Made by a program: the position numbers and the translations under genes
NCBI GenBank assembly: GCA_031411295.1
Contig: JANOAV010000212.1
Span: 1 to 64,000 of the forward strand
Reading direction: 5' to 3'
Length of the DNA: 64,000 bases
From: Verrucomicrobiales bacterium
GTDB lineage: Bacteria; Verrucomicrobiota; Verrucomicrobiia; Verrucomicrobiales; V1-33
Shown here: positions 1-10,200 of the stretch, one piece after another
How the letters are laid out: the number at the start of each line of letters is the position of its first letter
Position numbering within the stretch: the first letter of the stretch is position 1
The notes under the pieces: model-generated
Databases searched by the model: none
What the model was told of the DNA's origin: nothing
The model's input: the letters and a program-made list of their open reading frames with translations, nothing else

Positions 1-132
1 GATCGTCTGCCTGCGGCCCCATAACCACCCTCAGAAACACGCTCTCGCTACGCCCCAACGCTCGGCTACCCAATGCACCGTCCAGATGCTAACCAGTCCA
101 CGAATCACGCTTGCGTTCCGCGGAGCGGCTTT

Positions 133-259
133 GTCCAACAAGACGGTGCTGGACAACCGGCTACCCGCTCCGAGTCAAAATGATTTCCAACGCTACAACC
201 CTTAACCCGCAGTCGAAGGCGCGCCCCCGGTAGCCGGTGCCAGACCTCTGACGTTGGCA
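133..259 (+). mobile_element. attC-like integron cassette recombination site 1
   Basis: Begins GTCCAAC (133-139) and ends GTTGGCA (253-259). Imperfect inner inverted repeat CTGG-ACA-ACCGGCTACC / GGTAGCCGGT-G-CCAG. An ATG follows 8 nt downstream (267). Confidence 0.75.
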
Positions 260-266
260 GAATAAT

Positions 267-713
267 ATGAAAATCCATTGTGTGTCATTTCTCCTCATGG
301 TCACGGCATCGTTCGTATTCGCCGAGGACCAAGAAAAAAAGGTAACTATGACGGGAGTTTTAAAAATTGAGCAGATCATAGGCTACCTAAACAAGCCCTA
401 CGGCACCATCGTTGACGTCGAAGGTAGAGTGGAGTTGGATCCACCCGTCAAGGGTAACACCAAAGGTTCTCAAGATAGGTATTTCTTAGTTACCCATGCA
501 GATGGACGGAAGCTCGAACAAGCGATAAAATTTGATCTGTGGTCCGAAAGTCTGCCGAATGCCAAGCATGGGGATGTGATAAAAGCGAAGTCATATGAAC
601 GACTAATGATGCTAGGAACACCAAAGGATGTGCCTGATGATCGCGGGCTTCAAGCACGTGCGAAGGACCTAGAGTTCCGGCTTTATCGCTTCCTCCATAT
701 CCTGCCTGAATAA
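267..713 (+). CDS. cassette-encoded secreted hypothetical protein
   Basis: 148 aa with signal peptide (MKIHCVSFLLMVTASFVFA). Sits exactly between two attC-like sites. Confidence 0.75.
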   Translation: MKIHCVSFLLMVTASFVFAEDQEKKVTMTGVLKIEQIIGYLNKPYGTIVDVEGRVELDPPVKGNTKGSQDRYFLVTHADGRKLEQAIKFDLWSESLPNAKHGDVIKAKSYERLMMLGTPKDVPDDRGLQARAKDLEFRLYRFLHILPE

Positions 714-717
714 TCAA

Positions 718-808
718 GCCGAACAAATAAGGCCGTATTGCTGCGAGGAGCGGACGTGACTCTCGGAGTGGCGGTAGATCGAGCCAGCAACTACGGCCAT
801 GGTTGAAC
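718..808 (+). mobile_element. attC-like site 2
   Basis: GCCGAAC 4 nt after the stop codon. Inverted repeat GGCCGTA-TTGCTG / CAGCAA-C-TACGGCC with one bulged base. Ends GTTGAAC. Orientation somewhat ambiguous. Confidence 0.6.
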
Positions 809-938
809 AAGCCCAGGGGATTCAGGAGAGGAAAGCCCATCTGGAAATCTACCGTCCGACCCACGCCCCCACCGCAGCCTCCCAAAAAACCCGTTGTCAT
901 AAACTGCGGGAATTCACGCGCACCTGAGCGAAAATCGA

Positions 939-1079
939 CAATAACGTTGACGATCACGCGCATCTGCGGCTATATCCCACCTAAATTCGCCTATGAAATC
1001 ACTACCCTGCGCAAAAACCGACAAATCTGTCGAAGCTCGGCAAAAATCGACACTTCTGTCGGTGATCAACTAGTTAGGC
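939..1079 (+). mobile_element. attC-like site 3
   Basis: CAATAAC (939-945), GATCAC...GTGATC pairing, and a perfect core GTTAGGC (1073-1079) 20 nt before the ATG at 1100. Confidence 0.6.
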
Positions 1080-1099
1080 GTCACTAGCCGCTCACTACT

Positions 1100-1681
1100 A
1101 TGAAAGCCGTCCTGCCCCTCCTTTTTCTTGCTCTGTTCGGCCGGTTCGCGACTGCCGAGGAGCCTGCTGTGACGCATTACCAGAGCATCAAGCAAAACTT
1201 CGAGAAGGACGTCATGAGCGGCGAACTCATCCTCAAGGTCAACAATCCTACAGACCGCACCTTCTACGTGCTCGGCTTCAGTATCACCGACATTCCGTAT
1301 CAGCTTGAAGTCCTCAAAGACGGCAAGTGGTCTGTCATGCCTTCACGACGCTGCGGCACTGGCATGAGCGTTCGTCCGTTCCTTCCTCACTCTTACATCG
1401 TCTTCACCGTCGATGAAGCGCCCTTGAACGACCCCGACATTACGTTCCGAGTCCGCGTCTATCTTTACACCGAGTCAGACATTCATTCGCTCTACACCGA
1501 GCCGAACCGCAAGCCGTGGGTTGATTTCGTCTCACCGACTTTCAGCAGCAATGATTTCCGCCAGAAGCGTGACGGAGACATTCAGTTTCCCAGACTGCCA
1601 GGCGTCGAACCAGTGAAGATTCCGGAACTGAAACCCGACGAGGCACCGAAGGTTCCCGGATTGGAGCCGCTTCCAAAATGA
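1100..1681 (+). CDS. cassette-encoded secreted hypothetical protein
   Basis: 193 aa with signal peptide (MKAVLPLLFLALFGRFATA). Bounded by GTTAGGC (1073) and its complement GCCTAAC (1689). Confidence 0.8.
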   Translation: MKAVLPLLFLALFGRFATAEEPAVTHYQSIKQNFEKDVMSGELILKVNNPTDRTFYVLGFSITDIPYQLEVLKDGKWSVMPSRRCGTGMSVRPFLPHSYIVFTVDEAPLNDPDITFRVRVYLYTESDIHSLYTEPNRKPWVDFVSPTFSSNDFRQKRDGDIQFPRLPGVEPVKIPELKPDEAPKVPGLEPLPK

Positions 1682-1688
1682 CCGCAAC

Positions 1689-1814
1689 GCCTAACAAACG
1701 CTGGTGCCAACCACCGGGGCTGCTCTGTCGGCCATGCTTTCCTTAACTTTAACCCGCCTTCCCGTCTCAACGCTCACCCCCGCCCCGGCGGTCGGCACAG
1801 CTTAGACGTTCGCT
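1689..1814 (+). mobile_element. attC-like site 4
   Basis: GCCTAAC (1689-1695), inverted repeat GTGCC-AACCACCGGGGC / GCCCCGGCGGTC-GGCAC, GTTCGCT (1808-1814), ATG at 1823. Confidence 0.85.
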
Positions 1815-1822
1815 GAAGAAAT

Positions 1823-2446
1823 ATGAGTTGGCCCTTCGATGATCCGCGCAACGTCGCAGTGTTCGCTTCGCGGTCCGTTGTCGAGGAGGAACACCCGATC
1901 TTCTACGTGACTCACGATCTCGAGGACGGAGCGTGGCAGTTTCACGCGCATAATCACATGGAGACTACTGATGAGGACATTCGGTTGGTCGCGCTCGAAG
2001 AGGTTTACCAGCGAGACGAGACCATCGGGGATCTTCGTGACCTCCCATGCGGTTGGCATGCCTGGAGACAGACGCCGACAAGTCCTTGGCAACGGCAAGA
2101 GATGCCGAAGGGTGCCATGTTTTACCTCGCCTTCGACGGCGTCCCTACGAAGGAGCATCCGGACTTTAATTCTGTCGGCGGCTCAGGGATTTACTGCTGG
2201 ATCATCGCGGATTCTCTTAACGCCGCCGAATCGCAGGCTCGGAATCACCTCGAAGAGAGCGGCTGGTTCATCAAAGAGTATGAGGAAGGATTCGAAATCG
2301 ATGAAACCTCCTTCAAAGATTCCGAGATGCTTCAGTATTATCAGCAAGCAGAGATCGACGGTGAGGTGTTCCTATTTCACCCTTACCCCGCTCGCGAAGG
2401 CGAAGAAACCGACAAGAGCGAACAAGACGTCGATCCTAACACCTGA
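1823..2446 (+). CDS. cassette-encoded acidic two-domain protein, N-terminal DUF2185/Imm33-like
   Basis: 207 aa. WPFDDP...YVTHDLEDGAWQF...DLPCGWHAWR resembles Imm33/DUF2185-like domains. The stop codon lies inside the downstream attC. Confidence 0.65.
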   Translation: MSWPFDDPRNVAVFASRSVVEEEHPIFYVTHDLEDGAWQFHAHNHMETTDEDIRLVALEEVYQRDETIGDLRDLPCGWHAWRQTPTSPWQRQEMPKGAMFYLAFDGVPTKEHPDFNSVGGSGIYCWIIADSLNAAESQARNHLEESGWFIKEYEEGFEIDETSFKDSEMLQYYQQAEIDGEVFLFHPYPAREGEETDKSEQDVDPNT

Positions 2447-2541
2447 CCCGCCGCGAATCGAAAACGCCATGACCATTCAACAATCAACCGCGAAGTCGGA
2501 GCGCGCCCTCGGTCAGGCGTAGGATGACTCGGACGTTCGCC
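2417..2541 (+). mobile_element. attC-like site 5
   Basis: AGCGAAC (2417-2423) is the complement of GTTCGCT at 1808. Inverted repeat GTC-G-ATCCT-A-ACACCTGACC / GGTCAGGCGT-AGGAT-GAC. GTTCGCC at 2535-2541. Confidence 0.85.
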
Positions 2542-2824
2542 AGACTAATAAGATAGCCTTCATCATCGAACTCGAATGGGTGGCGTGCCTCCTCCATTCG
2601 TAATTCCTCACGGATGCAGACTTCGTTTGCTCGTCTCACTTCCGGCCAGCAGGTAAATTGAAGCTGGGCTGAAGTCACCCTGCGGATGCGCTCTGAAGTT
2701 TTCGCCCGGCTGGGCGGCGTAATTTTCCGAGAAATAAAATTGCCAAGTGTCCCCCTCTCTCCGAAACTTCGCCCCCAAATATAAATTCACTTTTATCGTT
2801 CTAGTTCACTGATTTCCCCGCCCC

Positions 2825-3490
2825 TTGACCACCACTCCCACGACCGCCATTATTGTAGCAGCAGGAGGCTCCACCCGCATGGGAGCCGATAAGCTCCTGC
2901 TGCCGTTGGCTGGAGAATCGGTGTTGCAGCGCACCTTGCGGGCGTTTGCGGAGTGTCTGGACGTGGTGGAAATCCTGCTCGTGGCCCCGCCGGAACGGGC
3001 AGCGGGCCTCTCCCTGCCGGGAAATTGCCGGGTGATCCCGGGCGGAGCGCAGCGCCAGGATTCGGTCTGGGCCGGACTCCAGGCCGCCGCGCACCCGTGG
3101 GTGGCGGTCCATGACGGTGCCCGCCCCCTCATTTCCCAGGAAATGATCCGCCAGACCATCGCCACGGCCGTCCAATCCGGGGCTGCGGCCCTCGCAAAAC
3201 CCGTGGTGGAGACGCTAAAACGGGCAAATGACTCCGGACAAGTGCTTCCGGGCACATCTGATATTGACCGGACCCAGCTTTGGAGTATGGAGACACCGCA
3301 AGTCTTTAGTCGCCAAATGCTCCGGGAGGCGTATGAATTGGTGCGGGCAGGTAATCATCTGGTGACAGATGAAGTCTCCGCCGTGCAACTTCTGGGCCAG
3401 GCCGTGCAGCTTGTTTCCAATCCCTCCCCAAACCCGAAAATCACTTACCCCTCAGACCTCGCTCTCGCAGAGCAACTCCTCCGTTCATGA
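2825..3490 (+). CDS. ispD: 2-C-methyl-D-erythritol 4-phosphate cytidylyltransferase
   Basis: AIIVAAGGSTRMG..K, GGAQRQDSV, VHDGARP, ETPQVF, TDE and NPKITYPSDL motifs. Confidence 0.95.
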   Translation: MTTTPTTAIIVAAGGSTRMGADKLLLPLAGESVLQRTLRAFAECLDVVEILLVAPPERAAGLSLPGNCRVIPGGAQRQDSVWAGLQAAAHPWVAVHDGARPLISQEMIRQTIATAVQSGAAALAKPVVETLKRANDSGQVLPGTSDIDRTQLWSMETPQVFSRQMLREAYELVRAGNHLVTDEVSAVQLLGQAVQLVSNPSPNPKITYPSDLALAEQLLRS

Positions 3491-4767
3491 AACCCCAAGT
3501 AATTACCCTCGCCAACGGTGTCCCTCTCGCCATTATGGAAATGCCCACCATGGAAAGCGTTTCCGTCGGAGTATTTGTGGACATCGGTTCCCGCCACGAT
3601 CCCGCCCCGCTCAGCGGACTGGCCCATTTTGCCGAACATCTCTTTTTCAAAGGCACCACCAACCGGACCGCCCGGGAACTGAGCCTGGCCACCGAGGCCA
3701 ACGGTGGTGGCGCGGATGCTTTCACCAGTGAAGAGCACACCTGCTTCTACCTCCGCACGCCAGCGGAGGACTTCGATGCCGCAGCAGAAATCCTCCTGGA
3801 TATGTTCATCAACTCCACGTTCCCCGCCGCCGAAGTCGAGCGCGAACGCGAAGTCATCAGCGAGGAGATTTCCATGTATTACGAGCAACCCGCCAGCCGC
3901 GCGGAGGATCTGCTCTGCCAGCTCATGTGGCCCAAGCACCCGCTGGGACGGGCCATTTCCGGAGACGAAAAGAGCCTCCGCCGCATCAGCCGGGCGCACC
4001 TCGTCAACCACACCAAAGCCCACTACGGCAGGAAAAACATCGTGCTCGCAGTGGCTGGTAAAGTGGACCCCAAACACGCCGCCGCCACGCTGACGAAATT
4101 GCTCGGCAACAAACTCGGCTCGGGCAAACGCCCGACTTACCGTCCCGAACCCCGCCTGCACTTCGAAGAAGGCCCACGTCTCCACCTCGAACTGCGCGAG
4201 AACACGGACCAAACGCAACTCGCCATCGGCTTCCATGCCCCTGGTCGGGATAAACTGGGTTCCGCTGAAGTGCTCAAAATTTTAAACATCATCCTGGGCG
4301 ATAACACCAGCAGTCGCCTCTGGCAGGAGCTGCGGGAAAAGCGCGGATGGTGCTACCAGATCGAAACCGAAGCCACGCTGCTGAGCGATTGCGGACTATT
4401 CCAGATCTACGCTGGAGTGGATCCCGACAACGCCGAGAAAGCCGTGGCCGTGATCTGGAGCGAACTCCGCCGGCTGGTCAAAACCCCCGTCCCCAAGGCC
4501 GAACTGCAGCGCGCCATCAACTACGCCATCGGCAGCAGCCGCCTGGCTTTGGAAGGCACCAGCAGCTACATGACGTGGATTGGAGAAACGATGCTCTTCC
4601 ATCGTGAAGTGACCGATCTGGCCACCGCCCACGAACGCCTCCGCAAAGTGACCGCCGCTCAAATTCAGGAACTGGCCGCCGAACTCTTCACGCAGGAGAA
4701 CCTCGGTCTGGCTCTCGTGGGGCCGAAGGCAGATGAACACAAGCTCTTCGAAGCGCTGGAGGAGTAG
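3487..4767 (+). CDS. M16 (pitrilysin-family) zinc metallopeptidase
   Basis: HFAEH (HxxEH) inverted zinc motif, FKGT, AFTSEEHT and LRE.RG..Y motifs. Overlaps the ispD stop (ATGA). Confidence 0.92.
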   Translation: MKPQVITLANGVPLAIMEMPTMESVSVGVFVDIGSRHDPAPLSGLAHFAEHLFFKGTTNRTARELSLATEANGGGADAFTSEEHTCFYLRTPAEDFDAAAEILLDMFINSTFPAAEVEREREVISEEISMYYEQPASRAEDLLCQLMWPKHPLGRAISGDEKSLRRISRAHLVNHTKAHYGRKNIVLAVAGKVDPKHAAATLTKLLGNKLGSGKRPTYRPEPRLHFEEGPRLHLELRENTDQTQLAIGFHAPGRDKLGSAEVLKILNIILGDNTSSRLWQELREKRGWCYQIETEATLLSDCGLFQIYAGVDPDNAEKAVAVIWSELRRLVKTPVPKAELQRAINYAIGSSRLALEGTSSYMTWIGETMLFHREVTDLATAHERLRKVTAAQIQELAAELFTQENLGLALVGPKADEHKLFEALEE

Positions 4768-4827
4768 GATCGGATCAACTGTTTGCGGGATACTTTTTCA
4801 TGACAAGCGGGGCGCTGTCCTTTTAGG

Positions 4828-6051
4828 ATGGTTGCCATGCTGAAGTTTTTGTTTTTCATCGCCTTGGGTGCTGCCGTGTGCTCTCCATCATGGATGGTGG
4901 CGGCGGACTGGCCGCAATTTCGTGGCCCCACCGGACTGGGTTACACGGAGGAAAGTGGATTGCCGCTGAAATGGAATGCGGCTTCAGGCGAGGGGATAGT
5001 GTGGAAGGCAGCACTGCCGTCCAGCGATAACGCTTGGTCCTCGCCCATCGTGATCGGTGATCGCGTCTTCGTTACGGGCGCACGCAACGCTCCCTTGCGA
5101 CACTGGGTGGTGTGTTGCGACGCCAAGGATGGCCACCAACTCTGGGAAACAGAGGTCGCCCCGGGACCGTGGCTGCTGACGGATCTCCGCGGCGGCTACG
5201 GTGCGCCTACTCCCTGTAGCGATGGGAAGCGCGTCTTCGTGGTCTTCGGCTCCGCCGTGGTGGCTGCATTGGACTTCGATGGTAAACTTCTGTGGCGGCA
5301 TGAGTTGGCGAAATTTGCCTTCGATGTCGCGCTGGGAGCCAGCCCTATCGTCTTTGCCGACAAGGTGATCTTCGATGGCGATCAGATCGGCAAAACGTCC
5401 AGCATCATTGCATTCGACGCTGCGAGCGGCAACATTTCCTGGGAAACGATGCGGCCAGACACTGGCTTCACGCACGGCACTCCGGTCGTGGTGAAAGCGG
5501 ACGCAAAACCGCAAATGCTGGTGGCGGCCAACCGCGCCTTGCAAGGGCTGGATCCCAGCAATGGCAACGTGCTTTGGTTCTGTAAAACCCCAGGAGACGC
5601 GGCCTCTCCTGCCTTTGATGGCAAGGTGGTTTACTCTGATAGTGGACGCGGCGGCCAAGGCGTGTGCGTGGTTCCCGGCATGGGAGAAACGGAGCCCCGC
5701 TGGGTTGTGCCGCAGATCTCCGAAGGCATTGCCTCACCAATCATTGCTGGCGGGTTCGTCTGGCGCACCCACGCTCCAGAAATCCTCAAAACCTTCCGTC
5801 TGACCGACGGAACCCGTGGCATTTCCGAGCGTCTAGCCGGGGTCTCAACCTATGCGAGCCCGTTCGTCACCAAGGATGAGCGCATCTATTTCGCCAGTGC
5901 TGGCAAAACTTATGTCCTCAAGGTCGGTGATAAGTTGGAAACCTTGGCCGTCAATGATCTGGGCGAAGATAATCGTGCCAGTGCGGCGGTCAGCGGCGGC
6001 AAAATTTATCTCCGCGGCAACAAAACCCTCTACTGTATCGGCTCCCCATGA
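4828..6051 (+). CDS. PQQ-binding-like (BamB-type) beta-propeller protein
   Basis: Signal peptide, ADWPQFRGP, WSSPIV, repeated G...W propeller blades and a C-terminal IYLRG..TLYCIG. Confidence 0.9.
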   Translation: MVAMLKFLFFIALGAAVCSPSWMVAADWPQFRGPTGLGYTEESGLPLKWNAASGEGIVWKAALPSSDNAWSSPIVIGDRVFVTGARNAPLRHWVVCCDAKDGHQLWETEVAPGPWLLTDLRGGYGAPTPCSDGKRVFVVFGSAVVAALDFDGKLLWRHELAKFAFDVALGASPIVFADKVIFDGDQIGKTSSIIAFDAASGNISWETMRPDTGFTHGTPVVVKADAKPQMLVAANRALQGLDPSNGNVLWFCKTPGDAASPAFDGKVVYSDSGRGGQGVCVVPGMGETEPRWVVPQISEGIASPIIAGGFVWRTHAPEILKTFRLTDGTRGISERLAGVSTYASPFVTKDERIYFASAGKTYVLKVGDKLETLAVNDLGEDNRASAAVSGGKIYLRGNKTLYCIGSP

Positions 6052-6998
6052 AAATCATCCTCACTCTCCTAACCCTGACTGCCTCCGCCCTCGCTGGCGA
6101 TTGGACGAACATTTCCGACCCGGTCACTTCCCAAGTGAAACCGGGCTATGCCGGGCCCACCGCTGGCATCGTCACGGATCGCGCCAACGGCACCGTGTTC
6201 CTCGTGGTCAACGACCAAGGCCTTTGGCGTAGCACGGATCATGGCACCACGTTCAAGCGCTGTGACGATGGGGCCATCGGCGGTCGCTGTGAGACGGGAT
6301 GGGCCTTGCAGGCAGATCCGGCCGGGAAGCGACTGGCGTGCTTTATGATCTATGGCAGCAGCGGCATGACGACGGATGGTGGCAACACGTGGACGAAATG
6401 GACCACATCGCATTTGGATTTCGGGGCCGTGGATTGGGCGGACACTGGCAAACGCCTCTTGGCGATGCGCCATGAGAGTGGCGGCATGCTGACCACCAGC
6501 GAGGACGCAGGCACCACGTGGGTGGACCTCTCCAAGGGTTGGAGCACCTGCGGGGTGATCGATCATAAAACGTTCGTCGCCACCAAGGAAAAGGAACCCG
6601 GCATCTTCCGCAGCACCGACACCGGTGCCACCTGGACCAAAGTTTCCGACCAGCAACCCAGCGCTTGCGTGCCGGTGGTGCAAGCCGGAGTGATCTATTG
6701 GCCAACCGGCAAATCCCTGCTCGTGTCCCGGGATCAAGGCAGCACGTGGGAACCCCTTCCGCCGGTGGAGGCCAGCCACGGACCATGGTTCGGCAAAGAT
6801 GCGGCCCATTTCGTAGTGGCGGGGAAGAGTGGTTTCTCCGCCACCAATGACGGTGGAAAAACCTGGCAGAACGTCGCCCCACTGCCTCCAGAATTTACCA
6901 CCAATCGCGTCGGCCCCAATTATTCGTGGGATGCTGAGGCGGATATTTTCTACGGCTCCACCATGACCAAACCTGCCTTCGCGAGGAAGCGCCAATAA
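6048..6998 (+). CDS. secreted BNR/Asp-box (sialidase-like) repeat protein
   Basis: Signal peptide and multiple SxDxGxTW Asp boxes (STDHGTTF, SEDAGTTW, STDTGATW, SRDQGSTW, TNDGGKTW). Confidence 0.88.
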   Translation: MKIILTLLTLTASALAGDWTNISDPVTSQVKPGYAGPTAGIVTDRANGTVFLVVNDQGLWRSTDHGTTFKRCDDGAIGGRCETGWALQADPAGKRLACFMIYGSSGMTTDGGNTWTKWTTSHLDFGAVDWADTGKRLLAMRHESGGMLTTSEDAGTTWVDLSKGWSTCGVIDHKTFVATKEKEPGIFRSTDTGATWTKVSDQQPSACVPVVQAGVIYWPTGKSLLVSRDQGSTWEPLPPVEASHGPWFGKDAAHFVVAGKSGFSATNDGGKTWQNVAPLPPEFTTNRVGPNYSWDAEADIFYGSTMTKPAFARKRQ

Positions 6999-7074
6999 TG
7001 GAGTTACTTTTTTAGGCGCACTAGGGGAATGGCCTGTTTCCCCCCCATTTTTAAAAGGGTATTTGCAAACATGA

Positions 7075-7166
7075 GTTGGAGTCCCGCTTTTAAGCGGTGC
7101 AACATGCTGCGGTCCGAGCGTGTGGCTGCTCATCATGTTGCTCCGCCTAAAGGCCGGGACTCCAAC
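7075..7166. repeat. REP-like inverted-repeat element
   Basis: GTTGGAGTCCCGCTTTTAAGCGG (7075-7097) paired with CCGCCTAAAGGCCGGGACTCCAAC (7143-7166). Confidence 0.75.
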
Positions 7167-7285
7167 GGATGTTGCCCAGTGTTCTGAAATTGGACGCCTC
7201 CAATTGGCGTATGATTTCTGGCTGGTAAATCGGGTCAGGTTGTCGCAATTTCGCAGCTTAGTTTCACCCAGCCTGTTCCTTTCTC

Positions 7286-10200
7286 ATGCCTAAGCCGATT
7301 CATTTTCTTGCCTTCCTCCTGCCGACGCTTTCTGCGGTGGCGGGACCGATTGATTTCGCTCGCGAGATTCGTCCTATCCTCTCAGAGAATTGCTTCACCT
7401 GCCATGGGCCGGATTCCAACAAGCGGAAGGGTGAACTGCGGTTAGATCTGAAGGAGTCGGCCTTTGGCAAAGCGAAGTCTGGGGCCGTGGCCATTGTGCC
7501 GGGAAATGTGGCCCAGAGTGAATTGGTGAAACGAATCTGCGCCACGGACGCTGACGATGTGATGCCGCCGCCGAAGGAACCTAAGCAGTTGAAACCGGAA
7601 CAACGCGAGTTGCTGAAACGTTGGATTCAAGAAGGCGCTAACTGGACTGGCCACTGGGCGTTTGAAGCTGTGAAGCCCATGCCCGTGCCTGCTGTGGGCG
7701 CGAAGCATCCCATCGATGCCTTCGTGCAGGAGCGTTTGGTGAAAGAAGGTCTGAAGCCTGCTCCAGAGGAAGATCCGGCTCGATTGCTGCGTCGCGTTTC
7801 GCTGGACCTTACTGGCTTGCCGCCGTCGATTGCGGAGGTGGATGCGTTCATCGCAGCGTCTGCCCAGAATCGTGATAGTGCGCTTTCTGCTGCGGTTGAT
7901 AAATTGCTGACCTCCCCGCATTTTGGCGAACGCCTGGCCGTTCCGTGGCTGGATCTGGCTCGCTATGGCGACACCAGCGGCTATCACAATGACTCGCTGC
8001 GCGACATGTGGCTCTGGCGAGAATGGGTCATCAAATCCTTCAACTCCGGCATGACGTTTGATCAATTTACCATTGAGCAACTCGCTGGCGACTTGCTCCC
8101 GAACGCCACTATCGATCAGCAAGTGGCTTCGGGTTTCCATCGCAATGTGATGACCAGTGATGAAGGCGGATTGATCGAGCAGGAGTATCTGAATCTTTAC
8201 GTGGTGGACCGCGTGGCCACCACGGGTGTGACGTGGATGGGCCTAACCATCGCTTGTGCGCAGTGTCATGATCACAAATACGATCCCGTCACGCAGAAGG
8301 ATTTCTATCAAGTCTATGCCTTCTTCCACAACGTGCCGGAGAATGGCAAAGACGGCGTGCGCACCAGCAACCCGAAACCATTTCTCCAAGTGCCTTCCGC
8401 CGAACAACGCGCGGAGCAAGTTAGGCTGGCTGGAGAAATCGCCACCGCCGATAAGCAACTCCAGGAAATCAGCAAAACTCTGGACGCCAAGCAAGCGGCC
8501 TGGGAAGGCACCTGTGTGGCCACAGGCCAAGCCGCAGAGCCAGCCGGACCCGTGATAAAAATCCCGCTCGATGCGGATGGCAACGGCACCAGCGATGACG
8601 GGAAGCAAATCACAGGCACTATGAAAGGTGAGGGCACCTTTGTCGAAGGCGCTGTTGGTAACAGTTATCGCATCGAGAAGAAAGGTTGGATCGAGTATGG
8701 GGATGCGTTTAGTTTTGAAAAGGATCAGGCATTCACGGTGTCTGCATGGCTGCGGCTGAAGCCCGCTGGCGGTTCGCCCTTTGGGAAAATGGAAGCTACT
8801 GGGGGCGCACGTGGTTGGGATGTGGAGTTTCATGGCACGAAACCAAGTTTCCATCTGATCAATAATTTCCCCGCTAACGCGATTCATCTACAGGCGAAGC
8901 GGGATTTACCGACCGACACTTTCCTGCACCTGACGATCACTTACGATGGCTCTGGCAAAGGCTCCGGGGCTAAGATGTATGTCAACGGTCAGTTGGAACC
9001 GACCAACATCGTGATCGACAAACTAACCGAAAGCATCAAGACCCCGGAGCCCTTCAGCATCGGGCGCCGGGGAGCCAGCAGCACGCCGTTCACAGGTCGG
9101 GTGGATGACTTCCGAGTTTACACGCGGGCGTTGAACGCTGGTGAAGTGGCCTCGTTAGGCGGTGCGGCCACCATGGCGATTGTCAAAATTCCCGCCGCGC
9201 AGCGCACGCCGGAACAGAAGGCTCAGTTGCAGAAATTCTTCCGTGAAAGTCAGGCTCCTGAATTTGCCACTGCACAGCAGAAAGTGGAGGAGATCAAGAA
9301 GGCCAAGGCAGCGGTGGAGCAAGCGATCCCTAACACCATGGTAATGGCGGAAATGGAGAAGCCGCGCGATACCTTCATCAAAGTCCGCGGAGCCTATGAT
9401 CAGGATGGGGAGAAAGTTGCCGCAGGCGTTCCAGGCTTCTTGCCGCAAATTCCCCCACGTGCTGACGGCAAGCCGCTGAATCGACTCGATTTCGCGAAGT
9501 GGCTCGTTGCAAAGGATCAACCACTAACAGCGAGGGTAACGATGAATCGCTGGTGGGCCATGCTCTTTGGCACGGGGTTGGTGAAGACGGTCAACGATTT
9601 CGGATCGCAGAGCGAATGGCCCAGTCATCCGGAACTGTTGGATTGGCTGGCGGCTGATTTCATGAGCGATTGGAACATCAAGCGCGTGCTGAAACAGATC
9701 GTCATGAGTGGCACCTATCGGCAGTCCGCCAAAGTGGCTCCGGAGTTGCTGGCGCGCGATACGGAGAATCGACTGCTGGCCCGCGGCCCTCGCCAAAGGC
9801 TGGATGCAGAGATGATTCGCGATAACGCGCTGGCCATCGCAGGCATCCTGAATCCACAGTTAGGCGGCAAGAGCATCAAGCCGGAGCAACCCGCAGGCAC
9901 TTGGGAAATCAATGAGATGGGCGGCTACAATTACGACAAGTCGAAAGGCACGGATCTTTATCGACGCGGGCTTTACGTTTACTGGAGACGGTCCACGGTT
10001 TATCCGTCCTTCATCACGCTGGATGCGCCCACGCGCGAGTTCTGCAATGCACAACGCGCCAAGACCAGCACTCCCCTGCAATCGCTAGTGCTCATGAACG
10101 ATCCTGTCTTCGTGGAAGCAGCCCGGGCGTTCGCGCAGCGCATTTTAAAAGAAGGCGGAACCGACAATGCCGCCCGACTCCGTTTCGCCTGGCGCACTGC

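Noticed and set aside
895..910. TTGTCATAAACTGCGGG as an IS terminal repeat
   Set aside because: Single copy, with no partner end or transposase in the window.
803..1087. 94-aa ORF as a cassette gene
   Set aside because: Starts inside one attC-like site, runs through the next, and has no protein-like features.
133..2541. CRISPR array or terminator series
   Set aside because: The hairpins differ in sequence, are over 90 nt long, are separated by whole genes and lack U tracts. No constant repeat-spacer array or cas gene was seen anywhere in the window.
6069..7136. 355-aa minus-strand ORF (likewise 32578-33525, 49134-50261, 53542-54675, 57270-58985)
   Set aside because: Shadow or alternate frames of well-supported genes.
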